Below, in pieces: positions 8,896 through 17,350 of a stretch of 64,000 bases of DNA. The translations under genes and the position numbers were made by a program. Source of the DNA: Candidatus Omnitrophota bacterium (GTDB lineage Bacteria; Omnitrophota; Gorgyraeia; Gygaellales; Profunditerraquicolaceae); NCBI GenBank assembly GCA_050012075.1, contig JBEKHW010000001.1, positions 4,766-68,765 on the forward strand. Direction: 5' to 3'. Each line of letters starts with the position of its first letter. Within the stretch, counting starts at the first letter, position 1. Under the pieces are notes generated by a model. That model searched no databases. It saw nothing but the letters and a program-made list of their open reading frames with translations, and had not been told where the DNA came from.

Positions 8896-9375
8896 TTATA
8901 GTGGATCCTGCGCCTTATTCAAAATCGAATCAATCTCCCGAGTATCATTTCGAGCCCGCTCCTCTTCCCGCGCCTGCTTATGGAGCTGCTGTAGTTGCCA
9001 TTCTCCTTGCTGCCGCACTTGCTTATGGAACTGCTGTATTTGCCATTCTTCTTCCTGCCGCGCCTGCTTTAAGTTTGCCTTTGGATTTTCTTTTTGTTTC
9101 GCTTCAGATTGTCCTTCTCTTAACGGGAGCTGTTCTTGTCGTATATGAACCTGGGGTTTAATCTGTGGCGGAAATATTACCAAAACGGCGATAATTAAGA
9201 TACCGATAATTAAACCATATATTAAATCTTTTTTAATACTGCGGCTTATAGGTAATACCAATGGCCTATGGCAATAATCGCACACTACCGCGGTATCCAA
9301 AACCATTCTTGCACAATAAGGACATTTTTTCACCGCTTGCTTCGGGTAAACAACTCTTAATGGTTTTTTATCCAT
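8896..9375 (-). CDS. zinc-ribbon/TM protein with Gln-rich imperfect repeats
   Basis: N-terminal CPYC...CDYC zinc ribbon, one TM helix, then repeated EEEWQIQQFHKQVRQQGEWQLQQLHKQ. The DNA carries ~45-bp tandem repeats at 8950-9060. Confidence 0.45.
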   Translation of the reverse strand: MDKKPLRVVYPKQAVKKCPYCARMVLDTAVVCDYCHRPLVLPISRSIKKDLIYGLIIGILIIAVLVIFPPQIKPQVHIRQEQLPLREGQSEAKQKENPKANLKQARQEEEWQIQQFHKQVRQQGEWQLQQLHKQAREEERARNDTREIDSILNKAQDPL

Positions 9376-9398
9376 AGTATTCTGTGTGCATTATGAGG

Positions 9399-9440
9399 TG
9401 CTATTTATCTAAAGGGTGGTACCCCGGGGAACGTTCCCTT
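9399..9440. repeat. short form of the intergenic module: CATAG-loop terminator remnant plus GGGAACGTTCCC palindrome
   Basis: TGCTATTTATCTAAAGGGTGGTACCCCGGGGAACGTTCCC is shared with 10140-10165, 11125-11150 and 13125-13160. Confidence 0.55.
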
Positions 9441-9457
9441 ATCCCCGTCTTATATCT

Positions 9458-9796
9458 TTAGCCTTGGCTTTGCATTTTGACTGTTATTGCTTTTATAAAT
9501 TTTATCCCTAGGCTACTAATTGTACTACCAACTATAACAATAAACAGCATAAACAAATAATATAAAAATACATTTACAATCTTTCTTAATTCTGGATCTA
9601 ATGTAATCTTTATTAGTGTAGGCTGACTAGCTGCATCAGAGGATGCTGAAAGGCTTAAACTCTGCATCTGAAATAGTTCAGGTGGGTTGGCTGTATTTGT
9701 AAAGACATTACACATAGAATAGAATGCAAACAATATGCAGATTAGTCCTATACAAAACATAACATAACCGAATATCTTTTCTGTATCTGAACTCAT
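9458..9796 (-). CDS. small membrane protein (112 aa)
   Basis: Start set at ATG 9794-9796 preceded by GGAAGGAGG. Two TM helices. Confidence 0.45.
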   Translation of the reverse strand: MSSDTEKIFGYVMFCIGLICILFAFYSMCNVFTNTANPPELFQMQSLSLSASSDAASQPTLIKITLDPELRKIVNVFLYYLFMLFIVIVGSTISSLGIKFIKAITVKMQSQG

Positions 9797-9914
9797 TTCT
9801 ACCTCCTTCCAACAAAAAAGCAACCCTGTATATCTGATAAGCGCTACCCCGCCACTGCAAATATTAGATATAATTATATCTTGGATAATCGATCAATTCA
9901 AGATAATCAGATAC

Positions 9915-10165
9915 TGCCCAAAATAAAGGATCCCAAGCCTTTTCCGCGCCTGGGATTAAAATTAAAGCAGCCACTGGCGTATTGCTTTAATTTTACGCCG
10001 AGCTCTGCGAGGCGAAATTAAAACAGCCACTCGATTTAGCCGTGCCTTTGGCGTTTACGGCTAAATCGCCCTTCGCTCTGCGAAGGGGGTTGCTTATGCC
10101 AAAATCACACCGAGCTATGCTCGGTGCTATTTACCTAAAGGGTGGCACCTTCGGGAACGTCCCTA
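9915..10165. repeat. intergenic module A (~250 bp): promoter/terminator hairpin, CGCCGAGCTCTGCGAGGCG, GGCTAAATCGCCCTTCGCTCTGCGAAGGGGG, CACCGAGCTATGCTCGGTG, GGGAACGTCCC
   Basis: Long blocks more than 90% identical to 12086-12345, and partly to 10856-11150, 13054-13185 and 38280-38400. Confidence 0.6.
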
Positions 10166-10180
10166 TATCTCAAGTCCCTA

Positions 10181-10831
10181 TTATTTTATACTGACATTAA
10201 TTTCATCAGAGCCGAATGACTGCCCTGATCCATCTCTTCCGCCGGCTGATATTTCTAGCTGGCTCGGAGAAGCATTGCCGGGTATAGTAAATACCAGCTC
10301 AAAAGGCGGCTCTGTATCAAGGGCTGATGCGTATGCTCCAGCGCCTATTAAAACCATAGTAACCCCTCTGTCGGCATCTACCTTGACATGCACTGTATCC
10401 CCGGGATGAAACACATCGCCTTCCCTAGGAGAAACTATCTTTACGGCAATTGTTTTATTCGGCTTTATCATGCTGTTTTCTACCTTACGTAACATGGATT
10501 TAACACGAGAAATTTCATCTATTCTTTTGGCCTGTCTCTGATTTCCCTCTTCGATGTATAATTGCTTTGCCTGCAGATAATTTTGTTCTGCTTTCTGATT
10601 GTCTCCCAAGTGCGCATAGACTTCTCCCAGTTGGAAATAGGCATCTGCATAGTTCGGCTGCAGTTCAATGGCCTTTTGGAGACTAAGAATGGCCTTCTCA
10701 TATTCACCGGATATACAATATTCATAACCTTCTTTGTAATATGTACCTGACTCGCTTGCAAATGCCGATAAAGCCAACAAACACAAAAACACGCTACACA
10801 CTAATACCGACCCTATTCCAATCTTCTTCAT
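10181..10831 (-). CDS. secreted TPR-repeat protein
   Basis: Signal peptide, two or three TPR units (AILSLQKAIELQPNYADAYFQLGEVY), then a beta-rich C-terminal domain. Confidence 0.55.
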   Translation of the reverse strand: MKKIGIGSVLVCSVFLCLLALSAFASESGTYYKEGYEYCISGEYEKAILSLQKAIELQPNYADAYFQLGEVYAHLGDNQKAEQNYLQAKQLYIEEGNQRQAKRIDEISRVKSMLRKVENSMIKPNKTIAVKIVSPREGDVFHPGDTVHVKVDADRGVTMVLIGAGAYASALDTEPPFELVFTIPGNASPSQLEISAGGRDGSGQSFGSDEINVSIK

Positions 10832-10854
10832 TCTTCCTCCTTATCTATATTAAG

Positions 10855-10883
10855 ATTATACCGCCCAAAATAAAAAATCCCAA
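10855..10883 (-). promoter_or_regulatory. sigma70-like promoter TTGGGA-17 nt-TATAAT, embedded in a hairpin that doubles as a terminator-like structure
   Basis: Minus strand reads CTTGGGATTTTTTATTTTGGGCGGTATAAT, followed 18 nt later by AAGGAGG and the ATG of the 10181-10831 gene. The same box recurs upstream of the genes at 8683, 9796 and 12014. Confidence 0.5.
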
Positions 10884-11150
10884 GCGTTTTCACGCCTGGG
10901 ACCGTCTTGCAACTACCTGCTTTATAAAGAGTTGATTTCGGCGTGCCCCCTGCGTTTTGATTTTGGCATACCTCTCGATTTAGCCGTGCCTTTGGCGTTT
11001 ACGGCTAAATCGCCCTTCGCTCTGCGAAGGGGGTTGTTTATACCAAAAACATCCTTCACGGTGTGAAGGATATGGCGTAAACGCCGAAATCACACCGAGC
11101 TATGCTCGGTGCTATTTATCTAAAGGGTGGTACCCTGGGGAACGTCCCCT
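10856..11150. repeat. intergenic module B (~295 bp)
   Basis: Shares the promoter hairpin, CGTCTTGCAACTA box, GGCTAAATCGCCCTTCGCTCTGCGAAGGGGG, CACCGAGCTATGCTCGGTG and GGGGAACGTCCCC blocks with modules A, C and D. Confidence 0.6.
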
Positions 11151-11162
11151 ATATTCATCCCC

Positions 11163-11561
11163 CTATCTTTTCGAAAAGTCATGTTTCATAATAAAGACTA
11201 TAATTACCCCAGTTGCGATAAACACCAATATGAGGAATAACGGAATCCTACTGAAGCTCTCAGCTATCGGATAGGGAAGCAACGGGTCGATCATTATTAT
11301 TGATAGAAGGCTATATATAATCGCCGGTATCTTGGCTTGACCCTTCAAAATAAGGATAAGCGCAAGAATTAAGCATATTATAGCGGGGATAACAATCAAT
11401 AAAGGCAGAAATCCTCCTAAAAGATTCCAGCCTCCGTGACGATTAGTCTCAACAATTGAAAAAACGATAACAAGAAATGCTAAACACTGCAATATAAAGA
11501 GAGCTGTAGCAGCAATAAATAGACCACTATATTTTTTGTGCTGATTTCCTGCCATATGCAA
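11163..11561 (-). CDS. small membrane protein (132 aa, 3-4 TM)
   Basis: Hydrophobic ORF. 25-bp spacer to the next gene contains AGGGAACGTTCCCC. Confidence 0.45.
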   Translation of the reverse strand: MHMAGNQHKKYSGLFIAATALFILQCLAFLVIVFSIVETNRHGGWNLLGGFLPLLIVIPAIICLILALILILKGQAKIPAIIYSLLSIIMIDPLLPYPIAESFSRIPLFLILVFIATGVIIVFIMKHDFSKR

Positions 11562-11585
11562 ACCTTCGATCGATGCGATCCGCTC

Positions 11586-12014
11586 CTAGGGAACGTTCCC
11601 CATTCTTCCAAATTGTTCCCTTATCTCTGAGCGGGTAAGATAGTAAATCTCCCAAATAAAATAAATGATACCTACAGATAAAACGATATATCTACCTAAG
11701 TAATATAATATTTTATCTGGATAACTTTTCAAGGTCACTACAAAGACTATCCCCAAAACCAATATTCCAAATATTGCAAAAATGATATTTTCTTTTCTTG
11801 CCTTAATCCTCAATTTAAAGGTAAAAAATCCTAATTGTATAAAATAAGCGGCAAACAGTAAATAGGGAATTATTACGAACGCTAATGCCAATAAAGAAAA
11901 AATCCAATGGGGATTCTTAATTATGGCCTGGAATACAAGACCTATTAGAAAAATACCCATAAAAAAATTGATGCCAATGATTAGGTTAATTCCCGCTGGC
12001 CTTTTATTCCCCAT
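11586..12014 (-). CDS. small membrane protein (~142 aa)
   Basis: Start moved to ATG 12012-12014 (MGNKRPAG...), which sits behind GGAGGAGGG and the conserved TTGGGA-17-TATAAT box. The longer ORF-track start would read through the promoter. Confidence 0.45.
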   Translation of the reverse strand: MGNKRPAGINLIIGINFFMGIFLIGLVFQAIIKNPHWIFSLLALAFVIIPYLLFAAYFIQLGFFTFKLRIKARKENIIFAIFGILVLGIVFVVTLKSYPDKILYYLGRYIVLSVGIIYFIWEIYYLTRSEIREQFGRMGNVP

Positions 12015-12085
12015 CCCTCCTCCTTGTCCACGTGGACAACACCCGCGCAATACCGATAAGCGCGGAGTGCTAGTCCACATTGTAA

Positions 12086-12345
12086 TTATACCGCCCATAA
12101 CAAAAAATCCCAAGCCTTTTCCGCGCCTGGGATTAAAATTAAAGCAGCCACTGGCGTATTGCTTTAATTTTACGCCGAGCTCTGCGAGGCGAAATTAAAG
12201 CAGCCTCTCGATTTAGCTGTGCCTTTGGCGTTTACGGCTAAATCGCCCTTCGCTCTGCGAAGGGGGTTGCTTATGCCGAAATCACACCGAGCTATGCTCG
12301 GTGCTATTTATCTAAAGTGTAGCATCCTCGATAACGCCCCCTATT
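12086..12345. repeat. intergenic module C (~260 bp)
   Basis: Near-identical to module A over about 230 bp. Confidence 0.6.
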
Positions 12346-12375
12346 TTCGAGGCGAAACAATAGCCGCCTCTCTTT

Positions 12376-12429
12376 GAGGTGACATTTTGGCACCTCTAGC
12401 GCCCAAACTTGAAGTCACAATTTGTGATT
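12376..12429. promoter_or_regulatory. two ~25-bp palindromes TTGARGTCACAAWTTGTGAYYTCAA just 3' of the ORF6N gene; a third, perfect copy lies inside the gene at 12726-12750
   Basis: CTTGAAGTCACAATTTGTGATTTCAAG (12403-12429), TTGAGGTGACATTTTGGCACCTC (12376-12398), and TTGAGGTCACAAATTGTGACCTCAA (12726-12750, perfect). Confidence 0.4.
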
Positions 12430-12436
12430 TCAAGTT

Positions 12437-12943
12437 TTATCTTTTGGCAAAACCAATAATTCTTTTTTCCTCAGCCTTTGGTTGCTCAAGGAGTCTTTTA
12501 ATAGCTTCAAATACTGCGGCAAACTGTTTGTCATATTTATCTTCCATCTCTTCAATCTTACGCTTAAGATCTTTATGCGTTAAAAGCATGCGCCTGAAAT
12601 ATGTGAATGCGCGCATAATCTGGATATTCACCTGTATTGCTTTTGTGCTATTCAAAACACTCGAAAGCATTGCCACGCCTTGCTCCGTAAAAACATAAGG
12701 GAGATATCTTCTTCCGCCTCTTTTTGAGGTCACAAATTGTGACCTCAAAGCAGTAAACTCTCTTGCTTTTAATTGCCACATAAAATCATCTGGAAAACGT
12801 TCAGAATTTCGTTTTACTGCCTGAACAAGCGCTTTTGTTTCTACGCCATAAAGTTCTGCTAGGTCGCTATCCAACATCACCCTTTTTCCTCTTATCTGGT
12901 ATATTCTAGCCACAATTACTTCTACAGAAACTGAATTTGCCAT
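12437..12943 (-). CDS. ORF6N domain protein (KilA-N/Rha-antirepressor-like DNA-binding)
   Basis: [45 protein letters not shown] is the canonical ORF6N N-terminal domain. C-terminal coiled coil. Confidence 0.7.
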   Translation of the reverse strand: MANSVSVEVIVARIYQIRGKRVMLDSDLAELYGVETKALVQAVKRNSERFPDDFMWQLKAREFTALRSQFVTSKRGGRRYLPYVFTEQGVAMLSSVLNSTKAIQVNIQIMRAFTYFRRMLLTHKDLKRKIEEMEDKYDKQFAAVFEAIKRLLEQPKAEEKRIIGFAKR

Positions 12944-13053
12944 TTTTGAACCTCCGGCCTTAATAGACGTAAGAAGTGGTAGAATCTAACATATACCCCG
13001 GCAAGGACAACAACGCCCGATCCTATCGGATGAATCGGCGTATTGCCCTCTGC

Positions 13054-13185
13054 AATAAAAATCCCAAGCCTTTTCCGCGCCTGGGATCGTCTTGCAACTA
13101 TCTGGTCTATAAACAGTTATTTATCTAAAGGGTGGTACCTTCGGGAACGTCCCCATATTTTGCCATATTCTGGAACGTCCCTCTA
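13054..13185. repeat. intergenic module D (~130 bp, truncated; two GGAACGTCCC boxes)
   Basis: Shares the promoter hairpin, CGTCTTGCAACTATCTG and TATTTATCTAAAGGGTGGTACCTTCGGGAACGTCCCC blocks with modules A-C. Confidence 0.55.
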
Positions 13186-13275
13186 TTTCCCTGTAATCTA
13201 TCGGGGCATCCCACCAAACATCACCATTCTCAGAAAACTATTTTGAATTAAGTATCATATCCCTGAAACTCCCAT

Positions 13276-14418
13276 TTATATTTCCTTAAAATCATGGGGT
13301 ACTTCGATATGTCTATTTATGGACCCCCACAAGGAAAAGATTGCAGGATATGCTTTTTCTACTGCGATAACATCATCTTTTCTAAATTCTGGTATATTTA
13401 TTGCTGTAAAAAAGAAATTTTTAGCAGGATCTATTTGGTCCTTCCCAATATAATGATACGGATGATTCGTAAAAAAAAGAAATGCTGGTTTAATTGAATT
13501 TTCTTTTTTCTGTTGAACTTCAATTTGGCCAATAATTTTTACAAGAGGATTAAACCAGCTTATTTTAAAATTCCTTTCTTCTTCAGGAGGCATATTCACA
13601 TCTATAAAAATTATTCGTGCAAAGTCGGCGTGTTTCTTAAGCGCATCATTTAGGAGCTGCCCAATCCTGAACTTAATTTGACCTAAATCTTGTGGTTCTC
13701 CTTTTTGCCCAAGAAAACCGGGGCGATGACGACTTTTAGCCTCAACGGAATACTTATTATTAGTTTCCTTATGAGTTGCTAAAAATTCGCAGTGGGAGCT
13801 TGTTCTATTACTCTCATCCTCAAGTTGGATATTGAAGCCGGCTTTAATAAAAGAGGCGGTAACATATAATTCGTACCTAGCCCCCTGAAATTGGTCTTTA
13901 TTTTTGAGGCGCTCAATTAAGCTTTTTTGCAATAAAGAATGGTGGCGAAGCAGATAAAGATTATACGCTAAAGAAAGGTAGGCACCAACAGTTCCTGTGC
14001 AAGTTGCCACATATAGATCTCCTTCCTTAGCTACATTTCTCTTCTGAAACTCACACAATTCCCTATACCATTGAAGAATGGGATGCATTTCAGAAATATC
14101 TTTCTTTAATTCTATTGTTCCCCATTCAGGACCGAGGCATTGTTTTATATAATCCCCAAGGAAATCGTGAACAGTTTTCCACTTTTTTGAAGAATGCAGT
14201 TGGTTACCAACAGCGACCATTTTGTAACCATGAAAATCGGTGGATATGAATGGTCGGATATCACCGTATTTTTGTTTAGCGAGATGCTGATGTTTTAACT
14301 TTTCTTCAATTTCTTTTATCACTTCTGGAGGAATGCTATTGGAATGATTAAAGCCGCAACATTTCTTATATTTCTTACCACTGCCACAAGTACAAGGATC
14401 ATTTCTTCCAACTTTCAT
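13276..14418 (-). CDS. SEC-C motif protein with uncharacterised C-terminal domain (possible PD-(D/E)xK-like core)
   Basis: N-terminal [16 protein letters not shown] is the SecA C-terminal zinc-binding motif. The rest (about 330 aa) has no recognised family. NIQLEDE...KYSVEAKSR spacing is compatible with a D...ExK nuclease core; this is inference only. Confidence 0.55.
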   Translation of the reverse strand: MKVGRNDPCTCGSGKKYKKCCGFNHSNSIPPEVIKEIEEKLKHQHLAKQKYGDIRPFISTDFHGYKMVAVGNQLHSSKKWKTVHDFLGDYIKQCLGPEWGTIELKKDISEMHPILQWYRELCEFQKRNVAKEGDLYVATCTGTVGAYLSLAYNLYLLRHHSLLQKSLIERLKNKDQFQGARYELYVTASFIKAGFNIQLEDESNRTSSHCEFLATHKETNNKYSVEAKSRHRPGFLGQKGEPQDLGQIKFRIGQLLNDALKKHADFARIIFIDVNMPPEEERNFKISWFNPLVKIIGQIEVQQKKENSIKPAFLFFTNHPYHYIGKDQIDPAKNFFFTAINIPEFRKDDVIAVEKAYPAIFSLWGSINRHIEVPHDFKEI

Positions 14419-14493
14419 TTCCTAATCTATTCTTTTTTCTCCAATTATACCACTCCAATTCCAAAATTATACTGTGGGACATTCCCCATCTCT

Positions 14494-14690
14494 AACGGGT
14501 GGCTGCGGAGCTGAAGTCATTCGCGGGTGACGAGGCATGTTTTGAGCAGGGCGTAACGCAGGCCGAACGGGCACGGTTCACCCGCTATAAAAAAGTCAGT
14601 GAGAGTGAGGCCGAGTAGCCGAGCGTGATTTTCCACGCTGGGGAAAATCACGCGGCCCTGCGAGAAATATGCCTCGGCAGGACCCGCGAC
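14494..14690. repeat. structured ~197-bp repeat, long form L1 (inverted relative to 46737-46931)
   Basis: AACGGGTGGCTGCGGAG...CCTCGGCAGGACCCGCGACC termini. Internal perfect 11-bp stem CGTGATTTTCC/GGAAAATCACG. Reverse complement aligns over its whole length with 46737-46931. Confidence 0.65.
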
Positions 14691-14695
14691 CTAGT

Positions 14696-16525
14696 TTAAA
14701 TCCGCCCAGAAACTTCTACCATCTTGCGAATTTCTTTATTCACAGGATGCCGCAGCAACTCCTCAAGCGAAATCGGTATGCGTAGCGACCAGTTTTTGGG
14801 ATTGACTGTGCCAGGAGTATTAATGCGGAACTGATACGCATCGCCCTGAAATGTATCGGCTAAATACAGCCAGTCAACAATCGTATTGACGCAGAATATG
14901 GCACTTGAATCAAGGGTTAACTTTAAGGCAGCGCGGATAATCTCTTTATCACATTTCTCCCGCATCGTCCCCTCTAACCCAAGCAGCTTCCAGAGTTTCT
15001 CCTTCTCATGGAAACTATTCTCATACAAATCTATGAAATCAGCTAAATCCTCTTTTTTGCGGGCTAACCCCTCAACAACCTTCTCTACCGAATTAATCTC
15101 TTCCTTCCAGCGTAACCTTGCGTAACGCGAGCGTTTGCTGTCAAAGAGCTTTACTTTTGCCGCCGCTACGTCAATATTGCGGTGGTCTCTGCATCTTCTG
15201 GTAAACAGCCCTTCATCAATTGTGCCTGCCTCATTCTCCCACCAGGCAGCCCAATTCGTAGTATCGTGCGTAGATAACATGGCAACAGAAAGCCCCCGGT
15301 ATTCCTCGGGCTTTAAGAAATCATGCCGCACCTTCCATTCCTTTCTCCAGCGCTGCACATCATTACCCGGGATTCCGAACTCCTGGAGACCGTCAGTGCA
15401 GGCCTTTGGTATAACACCCAGGTCCTCTGCGCAAAGCAGCATATCGGTATTATCAAGGAAGGCACTTAATAACTTCCTGCCGCGAGCATCCCACTGCGTT
15501 TCATCCGAGGGGTCAAAAAATCCATTGAGCCCCGCGTTCTCAAGCGGCTCATTATAAGGTATGCTCCAGATGCGGAAAAGCCCGACCACATGGTCAATCC
15601 TTATAATATCGTAAAACTCCCTGGCGTATTTTAATTTCTCTTTCAGGTAACGGAAACCGTCGGAAGCGATTTTCTCCCAGTTGTAGGTGGAGCTGCCCCA
15701 GCGCTGGCCGAGGCTAGTATACATATCAGGAGGCGCGCCCGCTGCAAAATCCAGCTTGAAATATTCAGGGTGCTGCCAGACATCGGCGCTGTCGCGGGAA
15801 ACCAATATCGGTAAATCACCTTTAAATAAAATTCCCTTCCCCTTCGCGTATACTGCCGCACTCTTTAACTGCTCATGGAGAAGCCACTGCAGCCAGACGA
15901 AAAATCCTATATCTTCCTCTTTTTGACGGGAAAACTCCTTAAGGGAAGCGTCATTACGGTATCTATATTTAGCATCCCAGGCATACCAAGGCAGGCCCCC
16001 ATGATAATCCTTAAGCGCCTTATAGAGCGCGAAATCAAAAAGCCAGTATGCATTTTTCCCTTTGAATTTTTCTAATTCCTTGTCAGGACGGCGGCCATAT
16101 TGCAGATACAACTTACGTAACATGTCTATCTTGGCTTCTTTTATCCCATAATCAAAATACAATGTATCCGGAGGGAATTTATTTTTTAAGTTTTCTACTT
16201 CGCTTTTATCCACTGAAATCGGCGCAGGTAACTCGGCGAAGGAAAAATAAGCCGGCTCAAGGGCAAAAGAACTTTCCGCGTCATACGGGCAGAAAAGGGC
16301 GCCCGTCTCATTTAAAGGCAATAGCTGCAAAATAGAGTTGCCGGTTTCCGCTGCCCAGTAAATAAACAGTTTTAAATCGGAGAAATCGCCTATGCCTAGA
16401 CTTGTCTTTGAATGGAGGGAGAAAAGCGGAACAGCTACCCCTGCCCTCTTTTTTACGCCGGCTCTTCTCCATTTATCCTGGGATTTGCCGACGAGGAGAG
16501 ATTCTTTAAGGTCGGGTGTATCCAT
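14696..16525 (-). CDS. malQ: 4-alpha-glucanotransferase (amylomaltase, GH77)
   Basis: N-terminal RAGV..PLFSL.S....GIGDF motif and GH77 catalytic-region motifs. Confidence 0.85.
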   Translation of the reverse strand: MDTPDLKESLLVGKSQDKWRRAGVKKRAGVAVPLFSLHSKTSLGIGDFSDLKLFIYWAAETGNSILQLLPLNETGALFCPYDAESSFALEPAYFSFAELPAPISVDKSEVENLKNKFPPDTLYFDYGIKEAKIDMLRKLYLQYGRRPDKELEKFKGKNAYWLFDFALYKALKDYHGGLPWYAWDAKYRYRNDASLKEFSRQKEEDIGFFVWLQWLLHEQLKSAAVYAKGKGILFKGDLPILVSRDSADVWQHPEYFKLDFAAGAPPDMYTSLGQRWGSSTYNWEKIASDGFRYLKEKLKYAREFYDIIRIDHVVGLFRIWSIPYNEPLENAGLNGFFDPSDETQWDARGRKLLSAFLDNTDMLLCAEDLGVIPKACTDGLQEFGIPGNDVQRWRKEWKVRHDFLKPEEYRGLSVAMLSTHDTTNWAAWWENEAGTIDEGLFTRRCRDHRNIDVAAAKVKLFDSKRSRYARLRWKEEINSVEKVVEGLARKKEDLADFIDLYENSFHEKEKLWKLLGLEGTMREKCDKEIIRAALKLTLDSSAIFCVNTIVDWLYLADTFQGDAYQFRINTPGTVNPKNWSLRIPISLEELLRHPVNKEIRKMVEVSGRI

Positions 16526-16528
16526 ATC

Positions 16529-17350
16529 TTACCTTACCAAAGGACAGGATAATAAAATGTATGCTATTTTGCTACCCCAGAAAAGAGAAATGATTGCGCC
16601 TATGGAAAGGAAAGGGCCATATGGTATTGTATGGTCTTTTTTTACGATAAGGTTTATGATACCGATTACAGCACCCAGGAGTGGGGCTATGAAGAAAGTA
16701 AGCACTGCTCTCTGCCAGCCAAGAAAAACGCCTATCATCGCCAGCAGTTTTACATCCCCGCCGCCCATGGATTCTGTCTCTCCCTGTATGGCAGGTTTTT
16801 TAAGCATCTTAAAATAAACCAGGTCAAATAATTTACCGGTAAGGTAAATTATGCCGCCGCCGACAACAGCGCCCAGAAGTGAATTAAGCATAGGCCAGTA
16901 ATTAAAAGAAAATGGGCTAAGGGAGACGCCTTTTATTGTCACCAATATAAACCCTGTGAGCATTCCCCCTAAGCTTATCTCATCGGGGATAATGCGATGG
17001 CCTATGTCTATAAAAGTAGCCACCATTAGTGCTACCACCAACACCATATAAAGGAAGAAATCATAGCTAAGGCCAAAACGGTCATAAAGAAAAACAAACA
17101 TCAGGGCAGTCAGGAACTCTACGAGCGGATAACGCAGGGAGATTTTTCCTTTGCAGAAGCGGCATCTACCGCCTAGCATAATATAACTTAAAAAAGGTAT
17201 ATTATCGTAAGCGGGGATTCTTTTCTTACAATGCGGGCAGTGGGAGCTCGGCCAAACAACAGATTCCCCAAGCGGCATGCGGTGTATGCAGACATTCACG
17301 AAACTGCCTATAATGGAACCGAAGATAAACGCGATTAGCTTTCCTATCAT
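16529..17350 (-). CDS. pilD: type IV prepilin peptidase (A24 family)
   Basis: N-terminal CxxC...CxxC zinc-binding cytoplasmic domain plus multi-TM core. Confidence 0.8.
   Translation of the reverse strand: MIGKLIAFIFGSIIGSFVNVCIHRMPLGESVVWPSSHCPHCKKRIPAYDNIPFLSYIMLGGRCRFCKGKISLRYPLVEFLTALMFVFLYDRFGLSYDFFLYMVLVVALMVATFIDIGHRIIPDEISLGGMLTGFILVTIKGVSLSPFSFNYWPMLNSLLGAVVGGGIIYLTGKLFDLVYFKMLKKPAIQGETESMGGGDVKLLAMIGVFLGWQRAVLTFFIAPLLGAVIGIINLIVKKDHTIPYGPFLSIGAIISLFWGSKIAYILLSCPLVR

Noticed and set aside
8721-9161. Plus-strand 146-aa Pro/Ala-rich ORF, and other plus-strand ORFs in the track (e.g. 5961-6389, 6657-7238, 15135-15557, 19226-19777, 23195-23695, 23972-24496, 26515-27027, 35142-35777, 36874-37302, 41681-42022, 44848-45357, 51796-52311)
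   Set aside because: All lie antisense within well-supported minus-strand genes or start inside repeat elements. They have low-complexity, biased composition typical of shadow ORFs, and no RBS or motif support.
8391-14420. Integron cassette array with attC sites
   Set aside because: The post-ORF palindrome GGGAACGTTCCC does not fit the attC core GTTRRRY / inverse core RYYYAAC. Spacers are 100-310 bp and carry their own promoters. No intI is in the window. The array is therefore described only as cassette-like.
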